Assembly (NCBI GenBank): GCA_903878265.1
Contig: CAIRHD010000293.1
Location: 1-43,602, forward strand
Direction of reading: 5' to 3'
From: an uncultured Bacteroidales bacterium
GTDB taxonomy: Bacteria > Bacteroidota > Bacteroidia > Bacteroidales > UBA4417
Length of the DNA: 43,602 nt
The notes under the pieces are model-generated. The model was given only the letters and a program-made list of their open reading frames with translations, did no database searches and was not told the origin of the DNA. Of the stretch, positions 19,372-27,787 are shown in pieces (position 1 is the first letter of the stretch; each line of letters starts with the position of its first letter). The translations under genes were made by a program, and so were the position numbers.

Positions 19372-20751
19372 ATGAAAAAACTAACCAAATCAATTCTTAT
19401 GCTGAGCTTCATTGCTTTTCTGTTCCCGGCATGTAAAACAAAACCCGTTGGCCCCGAAGTAAAAGCCAACTATCCCGATTGGGCCAAAAATTCTGTTATT
19501 TACGAAGTTAACGTAAGGCAGTACACCCCCGAAGGTACTTTTAAAGCATTTGAAGCCAACCTTCCACGCCTAAAAGAACTTGGTATTGATATCCTTTGGT
19601 TTATGCCAATCCACCCAATTGGAATCGTTGACCGCAAAGTTCCTGATGGGATGAAGGAAAGTCTTGGCAGCTACTATTCGGTGCGCGATTACAAAGGCGT
19701 GAACCCCGAATTTGGTACCGAAGCCGATTTCAAGGCACTCGTTACCAAAGCCCACGAAATGGGGTTTAAGGTACTTATTGATTGGGTGGCAAACCACTCT
19801 TCGAGGGATATTAGCTGGATTGCCGAACATCCGGATTGGTTTGTGCAGGATAGCACCGGCAAAATACTTGCTCCTTTCGACTGGACCGATGTAGCCAAGC
19901 TCAATTACCAAAACAAGGATATGCGCGCTGCTATGATTGATGCCATGAAATACTGGGTAAGCAATTGCGATATTGATGGTTTCCGTTGCGATGTGGCCGG
20001 CGAAGTGCCTGTTGATTTCTGGGAAGATGCCCGCCTCGAACTCGAAAAAACCAAACCCATGTTTATGTTGGCCGAAAACGAGGACAAAGCCGAACTGTGC
20101 AACAAAGCTTTCGATGCCAATTATGGCTGGGGCATGCACCACGTTATGCACCAGGTTGCACAAGGCAAGGATTCGGTAAATAAAATTTCGCAGCAGGTAA
20201 TTAAGATGGATTCAATTATGCCAAAACATTCGATGCAAATGAATTTCATCACCAACCACGACGAAAACTCATGGAATGGAACTGTTAAGGAAAAATTTGG
20301 CGATGGCGGCAAAGCATACGCCGTGCTGACTTATACCCTGCCGGGGATGCCACTTATTTATGGTGGGCAGGAAGCCGGTCTGGACAAAAGGCTCAAATTC
20401 TTCACCAAAGACACCATCAGTTGGGACAATATGGAGCTTGTGCCATTTTATCAAACGCTCAACAAACTAAAACACGGCAACGAAGCTTTGTTTAACCCAC
20501 CATTTGGCGGAACTTTCGAGAAAGTGAAAAACAGCGAAACCTCCAAGGTAATTACCTTCATTCGTGCAAAAGGCAGTTCTAAAGTGTTGGTGATGGCAAA
20601 CCTTACAAATGCACCGGTTTCGTTTACGGTTAATGATGCTGTAGCCGAAGGAACCTTTGCCGATGTTTTCACAAACCAGGCCCTCACCGTTAAAAAAGGC
20701 GAAGCTGTTGCTCTCGAAGCATTTGGATACAAAGTGCTGGAGGTAAAGTAG
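19372..20751 (+). CDS. GH13 alpha-amylase family lipoprotein
   Basis: MKKLTKSILMLSFIAFLFPA-C lipoprotein signal (start moved from 19210), IYEVNVRQYT, GSYYSVRDY, DWVANH, DGFRCDVA, MLAE and TNHDENSW. Confidence 0.92.
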   Translation: MKKLTKSILMLSFIAFLFPACKTKPVGPEVKANYPDWAKNSVIYEVNVRQYTPEGTFKAFEANLPRLKELGIDILWFMPIHPIGIVDRKVPDGMKESLGSYYSVRDYKGVNPEFGTEADFKALVTKAHEMGFKVLIDWVANHSSRDISWIAEHPDWFVQDSTGKILAPFDWTDVAKLNYQNKDMRAAMIDAMKYWVSNCDIDGFRCDVAGEVPVDFWEDARLELEKTKPMFMLAENEDKAELCNKAFDANYGWGMHHVMHQVAQGKDSVNKISQQVIKMDSIMPKHSMQMNFITNHDENSWNGTVKEKFGDGGKAYAVLTYTLPGMPLIYGGQEAGLDKRLKFFTKDTISWDNMELVPFYQTLNKLKHGNEALFNPPFGGTFEKVKNSETSKVITFIRAKGSSKVLVMANLTNAPVSFTVNDAVAEGTFADVFTNQALTVKKGEAVALEAFGYKVLEVK

Positions 20752-20791
20752 TTGCAACTCTTACTCTTGGCGAGGTTTTTACTGTTTTTGA

Positions 20792-21011
20792 GAGTACTTA
20801 AATTACTTAAAGTGCCTTGAGTGCCTAAAGTTACCGCCAAGGGATTTAGATTCCTGATTTAGTTTAAATTTGACACCAATAATCAACAAAGCCTGATGAA
20901 TTCTACTAAACTATTTGTGCCTAAATACTTGCAAAATTCAGAAATTCAAGTTAGTACCGCACTCAAGGCACTTTAGGCACTCCAGGCATTTTAGGCACTC
21001 CAAACTTTAGG
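20792..21011. repeat. Two 9-mer tandem tracts in inverted orientation (AGTGCCTAA.. and ..TTAGGCACT)
   Basis: agtacttaaattacttaaagtgccttgagtgcctaaagt (~20792-20831) and gcactcaaggcactttaggcactccaggcattttaggcactccaaactttagg (~20958-21011) are reverse complements at the unit level. Confidence 0.75.
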
Positions 21012-21038
21012 TATAAATAGTTTTATTATCCATAACAC

Positions 21039-21080
21039 AAAGCCCCTTTTGCGCAATTACTGCCGAAGGGGCTTTTTGTT
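21039..21080 (+). terminator. Rho-independent terminator after the maltodextrin operon, probably bidirectional
   Basis: Stem aaagcccctt...aaggggcttt followed by a T-tract, with an A-rich run on the other side. Confidence 0.8.
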
Positions 21081-21259
21081 TTGTAAAACAATGATAACAT
21101 TTACGGATACAGCTTTTTGTAAGAAAGTGACAGTTAAAAAATGTATTTTTGCCTTAACCCAATACGCATCTGTTAATTGCAGGATATGATGAGTTTTCTT
21201 AGTTTTTTAGGCTATCTGTACCGGCATGTGGCTGAAAAGAAGATGCACGGCAATGGAAG

Positions 21260-21445
21260 GTCATTATAAAACTTGCATATATAAATTGGCAATTAAAGGC
21301 GATTAGTTCTATTGTGAATTGTTCATAATAATAAATTTCTGTTTTTAAAGTAATCGCTGACTTTCACTTTCACACCTAGCTCTTCATTAAGTTCACGTGT
21401 AGGTGAGTCATTATGTCGTTCTCCTTTTTCTTTTTCTATTTACTT
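21260..21445 (-). pseudogene. Frameshifted remnant of a MutT/NudG-like NUDIX hydrolase
   Basis: The minus strand reads IEKEKGERHNDSPTRELNEELGVKVKVSDYF (NUDIX box, REUxEExGU). After a frameshift it reads TEIYYYEQFTIELIAFNCQFIYASFIMT. No intact start is present. Confidence 0.7.
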
Positions 21446-21476
21446 TGTTCTGTATGCTTGGGCGAATTAGCCTTTG

Positions 21477-22100
21477 TTATTTTTCCCTTTTAAGATATTT
21501 TTGGATTACTTCATATTCATAATCTTCATAAAACAGTGGATTCTTAGTGCCAGTTGTATTAGCATATTTGGCGCCCTCTTTTTTGGTGTAATCTTCAATT
21601 ACTTCATTTTCCATGCGATGAAAACTAATTTGACCGATTCGAATGCCAGGAAACAATGGAAGAGGTAATTTACCCATGTTATGCAATTCATAAGTCAAAC
21701 TTCCCTCAAAACCTGGGTCAATAAATCCAGCTGTTGAATGTACTTGTAATCCTGTCCGTCCCCAAGTACTTCGTCCCTCTAATCTTCCAGTTATACCCTT
21801 TGATAATTTTATATATTCTAGTGTAGAAGCAAGTACAAAATCATCTGGATGTAATATGAAAGGTTGCATTGGCTGAACATGAACCACTTCAGAATAATTT
21901 GCAACCTGTTCTTGAAACTCCTCTTTGGTAAGCGAAAGATCAAAATGAGATTGTTTGGCAGTTTTAATATATCTAAATTCTGTTCCGAGCCTTACATCAA
22001 CTGAAGAACTGCCTATTTGTTTCTTAACCCTCATTAATGGAGTAATAATTATCGTCCCTTTTAATAATTCACGAACTATGTCTCTGTCTGAAAGCACCAT
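21477..22100 (-). CDS. dcd: dCTP deaminase (trimeric dUTPase-like fold)
   Basis: LSDRDI, QIGSSSVDVRLG, FVLASTLEYI, GRLEGRSTWGRTGL, STAGFIDPGFEGSLTYEL, PGIRIGQISF and the GAKY tail. Confidence 0.93.
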   Translation of the reverse strand: MVLSDRDIVRELLKGTIIITPLMRVKKQIGSSSVDVRLGTEFRYIKTAKQSHFDLSLTKEEFQEQVANYSEVVHVQPMQPFILHPDDFVLASTLEYIKLSKGITGRLEGRSTWGRTGLQVHSTAGFIDPGFEGSLTYELHNMGKLPLPLFPGIRIGQISFHRMENEVIEDYTKKEGAKYANTTGTKNPLFYEDYEYEVIQKYLKREK

Positions 22101-22104
22101 ATAG

Positions 22105-23523
22105 TTATCCTTCCATTATTTTAAAAATTTCTGATGACTCAATTGACTTTAATAAAATGTTGTCGCTTTTCTCTAAGATATTTCCAAATATTTTCATCTT
22201 TTCAATAAAAGAATACTCACCATTATCAAAAAATAATTCAATCGATATTGGTAAAATATTTTCAATTTTATTAATCCAACCTGTATTAATTATTTCCCAA
22301 AGCTTGGTTCGTGTTTCTTGTAAAGCTTCTTTTGCTTCATTTAGCTCTTTCAATTCAATTTTTGATGTTGGTATGTCAAGATATTTATTTTTAATAAGTT
22401 CAAGCTTTTCAATGTCATTATATGAAGCAATAGGAATCCCAACAGAAAGGCGTTTCTTTAAAGAGTTTATTCGTTTAAAGTCTTCTATTGAAAGAGTGAA
22501 ACTCAAATTAATTAATTCATCTACTTCTTCACTTATCACATCAAGCAATAATGTCATATCAATTGAGGGAGAAGCTTGAGAAGTATTGGGATTGAGAAAT
22601 TTACGACTTGTTTCATTATAATTCTCTAGCATAAAATAATAGAAGGAACTCAAATCTGAATTGCCAAGATAAGATGTTGTTAATGGGATTATTATTTTTT
22701 TTGATTCTAAATACTCTTGAATTATATTAATTCTTAAAACATTTGAAGGATGAGTCTCACTGCTTCTTTCGTTCCCTTCAATTCCAGAAAGTAAAAGAAC
22801 AAAAGTAGCAAAAGAAGCAAGATAGGCAGGCCCTAATATTTTAGTAGCTATTAAGTCGCAATAAATCTCTTCAATCCAATTCTCTATTAGCATTCTGTCT
22901 CTCCCAGTAATTTCATCCGGAATTAACTTTGGGTTAGAAAGTAATTTTTCAATTCCTTTTAAATCAGTATGGCCACATTCATGTGCAAGTATTGTCCAGT
23001 TCAAGGGGTTGTCATAATCAATTTTTGGCAGGAACACGGTTGGATTTTCTTCCAAAAACTCTGATGAAATATTTTTATTATTTAAAATATCTGAGAATAA
23101 CCAAGCTAAATTGCTTTCAAAAAACATATAATCATTTGTGAGAACAATATTTATTTTTTCGTTTTTTCTGTCCGCAGGAAAAAAATCAACAACCTCTTTA
23201 ATGAAAATATGTGTTTCTGGTCGGACCCATTCACCATAAATTAATTGTAGCTGTTCATGTAATTTGATAATTGTAAAAAAAGCATTGGATATTCTTCTTG
23301 ATACTGTTGCTTTTTCAAAAGGATTTAATTCACCTGAGATTTTAAGATATCCTATTAAATTTTCAAGATTAAGTTGAGTTGAGTCCAACGCTTTGCAGAA
23401 TAAGCTAACAACCTCTTTCCCTTCGGTTTTAGAAGACGAATAATGAGAAAATAAATATCTCTTCATTCTTGAAATTTTTTCCAAGACTTCAATACAAAGA
23501 ATTTTTTCAATTTGATTTTCCAT
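22105..23523 (-). CDS. Uncharacterised mostly helical protein with a zincin-like HEXXH...E motif
   Basis: WTILAHECGH, then WIEEIYCDLIATKILGPAY about 30 aa later, and a later THPS..R motif. Confidence 0.75.
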   Translation of the reverse strand: MENQIEKILCIEVLEKISRMKRYLFSHYSSSKTEGKEVVSLFCKALDSTQLNLENLIGYLKISGELNPFEKATVSRRISNAFFTIIKLHEQLQLIYGEWVRPETHIFIKEVVDFFPADRKNEKINIVLTNDYMFFESNLAWLFSDILNNKNISSEFLEENPTVFLPKIDYDNPLNWTILAHECGHTDLKGIEKLLSNPKLIPDEITGRDRMLIENWIEEIYCDLIATKILGPAYLASFATFVLLLSGIEGNERSSETHPSNVLRINIIQEYLESKKIIIPLTTSYLGNSDLSSFYYFMLENYNETSRKFLNPNTSQASPSIDMTLLLDVISEEVDELINLSFTLSIEDFKRINSLKKRLSVGIPIASYNDIEKLELIKNKYLDIPTSKIELKELNEAKEALQETRTKLWEIINTGWINKIENILPISIELFFDNGEYSFIEKMKIFGNILEKSDNILLKSIESSEIFKIMEG

Positions 23524-23955
23524 TTATAATGCAATACTTTTATATTGTTTAGGTTTTAGAATCGAAATTTCTTCTTTCCAAATAGGGACTGAAATTTGTA
23601 AAAGCAACTCCTGTATTTTCTCTATATCGTTTTTGTCAGAAGCAGCGGGGATTTGCATATACTTTTTAATGCTCTCTTTAGCTTTCTCTAATTCGTCCTT
23701 GTGCTCCCCTACTTGGAGTTTTCCGGAGTAAAGATACTGTCTGTCGTGAAAAGGGTTGATTCCTAATTTTTCTTCAATTTCTTCTTTTTCTTTTGAATTT
23801 TCTGAAACTGAAATAATAAGTTCAATTATTTCCACACCTTTTTTTAGCTTATCAATGGAAGCCGTGATACCATTTTTAATTAAGGTTAATTCCATAATTA
23901 ATGCATCAATTTCAGCTACAACATTGAGTTTATTGGCTATTTTTCTTATTCTCAT
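23524..23955 (-). CDS. Hypothetical alpha-helical protein (143 aa)
   Basis: Gaps to both neighbours are 0-1 bp. The protein is Glu/Lys/Ile-rich with amphipathic patterning. Confidence 0.8.
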   Translation of the reverse strand: MRIRKIANKLNVVAEIDALIMELTLIKNGITASIDKLKKGVEIIELIISVSENSKEKEEIEEKLGINPFHDRQYLYSGKLQVGEHKDELEKAKESIKKYMQIPAASDKNDIEKIQELLLQISVPIWKEEISILKPKQYKSIAL

Positions 23956-23956
23956 C

Positions 23957-24577
23957 TCAATTAGATTTTAAGATTTCATACACGGAACAATAATTATCAC
24001 TGCCATTTTTCGGATTAATAATAAATCCCTTTTTATTGAGAGAACTTAGAGATTCAATTATTTTGTTTGGTTGAAATTCCTCAATTGCATCTATAATATC
24101 CCTTTCAGTTACGGAGTGTGATTCATTGATAAATTTTAGAATTGATTTATCAATAGAATTTAAATTGCCGATAAATTCTATATTCTCCATACCACCAGTT
24201 TCAATCATTGTTGATAAGCCTGTACCTAAGAATATTTTTTCTGTTTCCTCAATGGTTGTATTCCTTGGTAAAGTTCTATCAACATGTTTTAGAATCCCTC
24301 TATAAAAACATCTTTTGTGAATTAGTTTCATCTTGAAAATAGTAGGCTTATTATTTTCTTGAATTGCGTGTATAATCGGGCCAAAAGCATACTGACAAAA
24401 AACATAGTCGAGTGGATTTGCTTTTTGAAAATCAATAAGTAATAATGAACTAGGTGTTAAATTTGTAATTATACCAATAAGTAGTTTATAAACCTCTTCT
24501 CCTTTATAGCGACCGCCTGTATAAGAAGCCTTGATAATATCCTCGACAATATCTATTGAAATAATATTTTCTTTCAT
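23957..24577 (-). CDS. STAS-like (DUF4325-like) domain fused to a C-terminal winged HTH
   Basis: GRYKGEEVY...LLIDFQKANPLDYVFCQYAFG is STAS-like. LNSIDKSILKFI..SVTERDI...IIESLSSLNKKGFII follows the wHTH pattern. Confidence 0.65.
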   Translation of the reverse strand: MKENIISIDIVEDIIKASYTGGRYKGEEVYKLLIGIITNLTPSSLLLIDFQKANPLDYVFCQYAFGPIIHAIQENNKPTIFKMKLIHKRCFYRGILKHVDRTLPRNTTIEETEKIFLGTGLSTMIETGGMENIEFIGNLNSIDKSILKFINESHSVTERDIIDAIEEFQPNKIIESLSSLNKKGFIINPKNGSDNYCSVYEILKSN

Positions 24578-24592
24578 GTCTATGTGTTCAAA

Positions 24593-25516
24593 TTAAACAG
24601 GTATGAAAAAACTTATTTGAGCACCCGGAAAACTAGATACTTTGGTTTTCTTTCTGGATGATAAAGAAATTAATTGCATCTCACAATCACCACTTCTAAT
24701 TTTTATATTGCCATTTCTACTGAAGACGAATTCCTCCACTATTATTAAGCCATACCCATCATTATCATCGTTTGACATGCTTGTGTTTCCATCAACTAAA
24801 GCCCATTCGATTGATTCAGCTTCTGTATCAAACTTTTTTATACTAGCTTTAAAACCAACACCAATGTCATAGTAACAAACAGTTGTGCCATAATTTGGTC
24901 TTGCGTGAATTGATGCGATACCCCATGAATTGCTATGATCGAAAATGTTTTTAAACAGTTCAATGTTTGATTGACGGAATAGATAATAATCATCCCCGCT
25001 AAAATTATAAAATGGTGATGTTTGAAGAATATCAAAAACATCAATAGCGTGGTTAGCAAATTCTCCAACCATATTTTCAAAGTCAGCACCACTGGTCGTG
25101 TTCATTTTCTTAGGAATAGTTTCAATAGGCAAAACAACAGACTTTGAGTCAAATTTATTTGACTTTGCTTTTTGTCTCATTCTTCTTTCATTTTCAATAT
25201 GCACAATGTCCTGACCTTCTATAACTCCGACCCTATTACTCATTTGCCCGAAAAACCCAAGAGTTATTAAATAACTAAGAACGCTATCATCTGGATAAAT
25301 ATACCCAAAATTTGCAGTTGAATTTTTCCTTTTTACCGCAGCGCAAAAACAAATAATTGATAATGCTCCTTCAATATCAATGTATTTCACTTTTGAAAAG
25401 TCAAGAAACACATTATTGAATATGCTTCTATTATTTCTATATGATGCGCTTGTGGATTCGATTAAAAAATCCAAAACACTTGAAGTCACTTTCTCTGGTA
25501 TGTGAATGACAGTCAT
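24593..25516 (-). CDS. STAS-like domain fused to a GHKL (HATPase_c) ATPase/kinase domain
   Basis: FLDFSKVKYIDIEG (STAS-like), IELFKNIFDHS (N box), YDIGVGF (G1), DGYGL (G2) and FPGAQI. Start set at ATG 25516, downstream of a TAAATTTG -7 element (25556-25563, minus strand). Confidence 0.8.
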   Translation of the reverse strand: MTVIHIPEKVTSSVLDFLIESTSASYRNNRSIFNNVFLDFSKVKYIDIEGALSIICFCAAVKRKNSTANFGYIYPDDSVLSYLITLGFFGQMSNRVGVIEGQDIVHIENERRMRQKAKSNKFDSKSVVLPIETIPKKMNTTSGADFENMVGEFANHAIDVFDILQTSPFYNFSGDDYYLFRQSNIELFKNIFDHSNSWGIASIHARPNYGTTVCYYDIGVGFKASIKKFDTEAESIEWALVDGNTSMSNDDNDGYGLIIVEEFVFSRNGNIKIRSGDCEMQLISLSSRKKTKVSSFPGAQISFFIPV

Positions 25517-25887
25517 TTTATCAATAAAACATGAATCACATTTAGCATAAAAATACAAATTTAATACCTTTTTGTCTGTTTTTAAGACATCACACTCTTT
25601 TTTTTGATATAGAGTCGTAAAAACCAAAAATGGTTCCCAAAAAACATTTCATTGAATTGTCAGACTTTTTCCGGAAGTATTACTTTAACAGAATTTGAAT
25701 TCTTAGAATATGTATTTAAAGGAATTTTCTGTTTTATCATGTAAATGGCCTAATGTTATCAGTCTGAAATAAGCTATTTCATGTGAAACATCATATTTTT
25801 CAAATATTTCGTCAAAAACATTACAACCAAGACCCATTTAATTTGTAGACTATCACGCCAAAAGTAAACTATAATGTTGGTAGATTG

Positions 25888-26085
25888 TTATTTTTTCCCT
25901 GATCCACCACAAACTCCACAAACCCTTTCACCTGTACCATGGCACCCAGCACAACTAACAATCCTTTTTTCTTTCTTACCAAATCCTTCATTAAATTGTT
26001 CGGATTTACCAGCGCCTGAGCAAGCTGGGCAGGGAATTCTTCCTGTTGCAGAACATCTTGAGCATGGTTGTTTTTCATTGTTCAT
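25888..26085 (-). CDS. Small stand-alone DnaJ-type zinc-finger protein
   Basis: Four CxxCx(G/A)xG repeats (CSRCSATG, CPACSGAG, CAGCHGTG, CGVCGGSG). ATGA overlap with the upstream gene. Confidence 0.8.
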   Translation of the reverse strand: MNNEKQPCSRCSATGRIPCPACSGAGKSEQFNEGFGKKEKRIVSCAGCHGTGERVCGVCGGSGKK

Positions 26086-26903
26086 TTAACCCTCCTTTTT
26101 GAAAATTTAACATTATTCTTATTTAAAATATTATCTAATTGTTGTTTCAGGATGGTTGATCCTCTGAGATCAGCATTTGATAAATCACAACCTTCGAAAT
26201 TAGCTGTTGTTAAATCCATATGTCTTAATTTGGCCTTTAAAAAAATAGAGTAAGAGAAATCTGCATTCTTTACCAAAGTTTTCGAAAGATTTGCGCCTGT
26301 AAAATCGCAGGCAATCATATGAACACCATTCAAATTGGCATTCTGAATAGATGAATTGTTGAAGTATGCTCCTCTGATTTCTGATTCACCTAATTTAATT
26401 TCATCTATCAAAATATTTTTGAGGTTGGAACCGACTAATGATAATTTAGGGGGATTCTTTTCAATCAAATTTGCCTCATAAAGAAATTGGAGAACCTGAC
26501 CCTTTCTTTCCCCATCTAAGTTGCTCAAAGCTATATTTATTCTTGCTCTGGAAATGGCAATCGTTTGTGGAGTTGGACCATTATGTAAATTATTTGTGAT
26601 AATTAGTTCGGTCATTACTTTTAGGAAAGATTCTAGAGTTTCATTCTTTGACCTCTCATCCTCCGATTTCATTGTTTTTGCTTTCTCAATTTGGCCCCAA
26701 AGCCATCCAATTAATGCTAGAGCAATAGGAATTATCATTAAATCTAACCAGTCCCACAAAGTTTTAGCTGCTTCTTTTGCATCATCCTTTTCACTTTCAC
26801 CGAAGCCTGTCCAAGATGGAGGGTTGGTTTGAATTGCTAAAAAAAAGATTAATCCAATTAGACTTACAATTATAACAATTAATAGTATACGAATGAATTT
26901 CAT
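26082..26903 (-). CDS. Membrane-anchored pentapeptide-repeat protein
   Basis: Two N-terminal TM segments (including KTLWDWLDLMIIPIALALIGWLW), RKGQVLQFLYEA, and C-terminal A(N/D)Lxx repeats. Confidence 0.88.
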   Translation of the reverse strand: MKFIRILLIVIIVSLIGLIFFLAIQTNPPSWTGFGESEKDDAKEAAKTLWDWLDLMIIPIALALIGWLWGQIEKAKTMKSEDERSKNETLESFLKVMTELIITNNLHNGPTPQTIAISRARINIALSNLDGERKGQVLQFLYEANLIEKNPPKLSLVGSNLKNILIDEIKLGESEIRGAYFNNSSIQNANLNGVHMIACDFTGANLSKTLVKNADFSYSIFLKAKLRHMDLTTANFEGCDLSNADLRGSTILKQQLDNILNKNNVKFSKRRVK

Positions 26904-27218
26904 ATTCTATAATTTTTAGATGCTATTTACTTTCAGATGCATGAACTTCAAAATCGCACTATTGCTATCTAAAACAGCTATAAATGCTTAAATTTGTTCT
27001 TAATTATTTTTTACAAAAATAACTTATTTTAATTGTAAACCAGCAAAAATGATTATATTTTTTTTGTTGGTAATTTATGCTTACCTATGTGCATATTTCA
27101 ATTGTCTTAATGCTCTAATGCCATTGAAATTCCTTGCATAACATCTCCGTTCAGGCGCATCTTATTTTCAGACACGTCCGGCCAAGATTCACCACTCTTA
27201 TGTGCTTAAATCAAAACC

Positions 27219-27475
27219 ACCCCACAAAAAAATCCCTACCACACCGTGGCAGGGATTTTTTATTTCTATAATTCTCGCTTAACCACATCTTCACATCCTC
27301 AAATCTTCACATCCCCAAATCTTCAAATCTTCAAATCCTCAAATCTTCACATCCCCAAATCTTCACATCCCCAAATCTTCAAATCCTCAAATCTTCAAAT
27401 CTTCACATCCCCAAATCCCCACATTTTCAAATAATCGTATTTTCAAATTAGCACATTATCGCATTAACTCATTAA
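27219..27475. repeat. Direct repeat copy 1: terminator hairpin, octamer tract (CAAATCTT/CACATCCC) and TTCAAATTAGCACATTATCGCAT tail
   Basis: Aligns with 28306-28478. The hairpin is aaaaaaatccctac...gcagggatttttt. Confidence 0.8.
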
Positions 27476-27787
27476 TATCAATTTTTAATTTTGGCAAATG
27501 CCTTACAATTGTGCCCCAAATAATTTCATCGTCAATCTTATCATACCCGTGGATTACACGGTTGCGCATACTGATAATCTGTTTTTTACTGGCTATCACA
27601 ATATTGGGATCAAGTTTATCAATCCGGTTCATGGCTTCCCCAATAATTTCAGATTCCGCTCAATAGCCCGCCGTAGCATTTTATCCGCTTTTTAAATGTT
27701 GAAATCACGTTTATCCCCCAAGTACATTTCAATGGTTTCAATAGATTCGTTAATATCGAACAAATATTTTTTGATCTCAATTTCCAT
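27456..27787 (-). pseudogene. HepT/DUF86-type HEPN RNase toxin, inactivated
   Basis: MEIEIKKYLFDINESIETI... has an in-frame TAA at 27692-27694. It continues KADKMLRRAIERNL, then after a 1-nt frameshift IIGEAMNRI...SMRNRVIHGYDKIDDEIIW (Rx4HxY HEPN motif). Confidence 0.88.

Noticed and set aside
21370-21408. Hairpin (CACCTA...TAGGTG) suggesting an ncRNA antitoxin downstream of dcd
   Set aside because: The stem is weak and the segment is better explained as the NUDIX-box coding remnant.
21477-22100. Calling dcd the known anti-phage dCTP deaminase or AvcD
   Set aside because: It lacks the HAE/PCxxC zinc motif and the kinase domain. The motifs are those of the trimeric dUTPase-like Dcd family.
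24593-25627. Classical two-component sensor kinase with the 344-aa start
   Set aside because: There are no TM segments, no evident H-box and no partner receiver. The 37-codon extension starts at TTG and overlaps a -7 promoter element.
25888-26085. dnaJ chaperone or dnaJ pseudogene
   Set aside because: No J-domain (HPD) or C-terminal domain is evident nearby. The ORF has its own coupled start and stop.
27246-27434. 62-aa ORF, and similarly ORFs 31467-31709 and 31534-31791
   Set aside because: These are translations of octamer microsatellite tracts (SSNLQIFK-type low complexity).
27498-27695. 65-aa plus-strand ORF
   Set aside because: It is the antisense shadow of the HEPN pseudogene.
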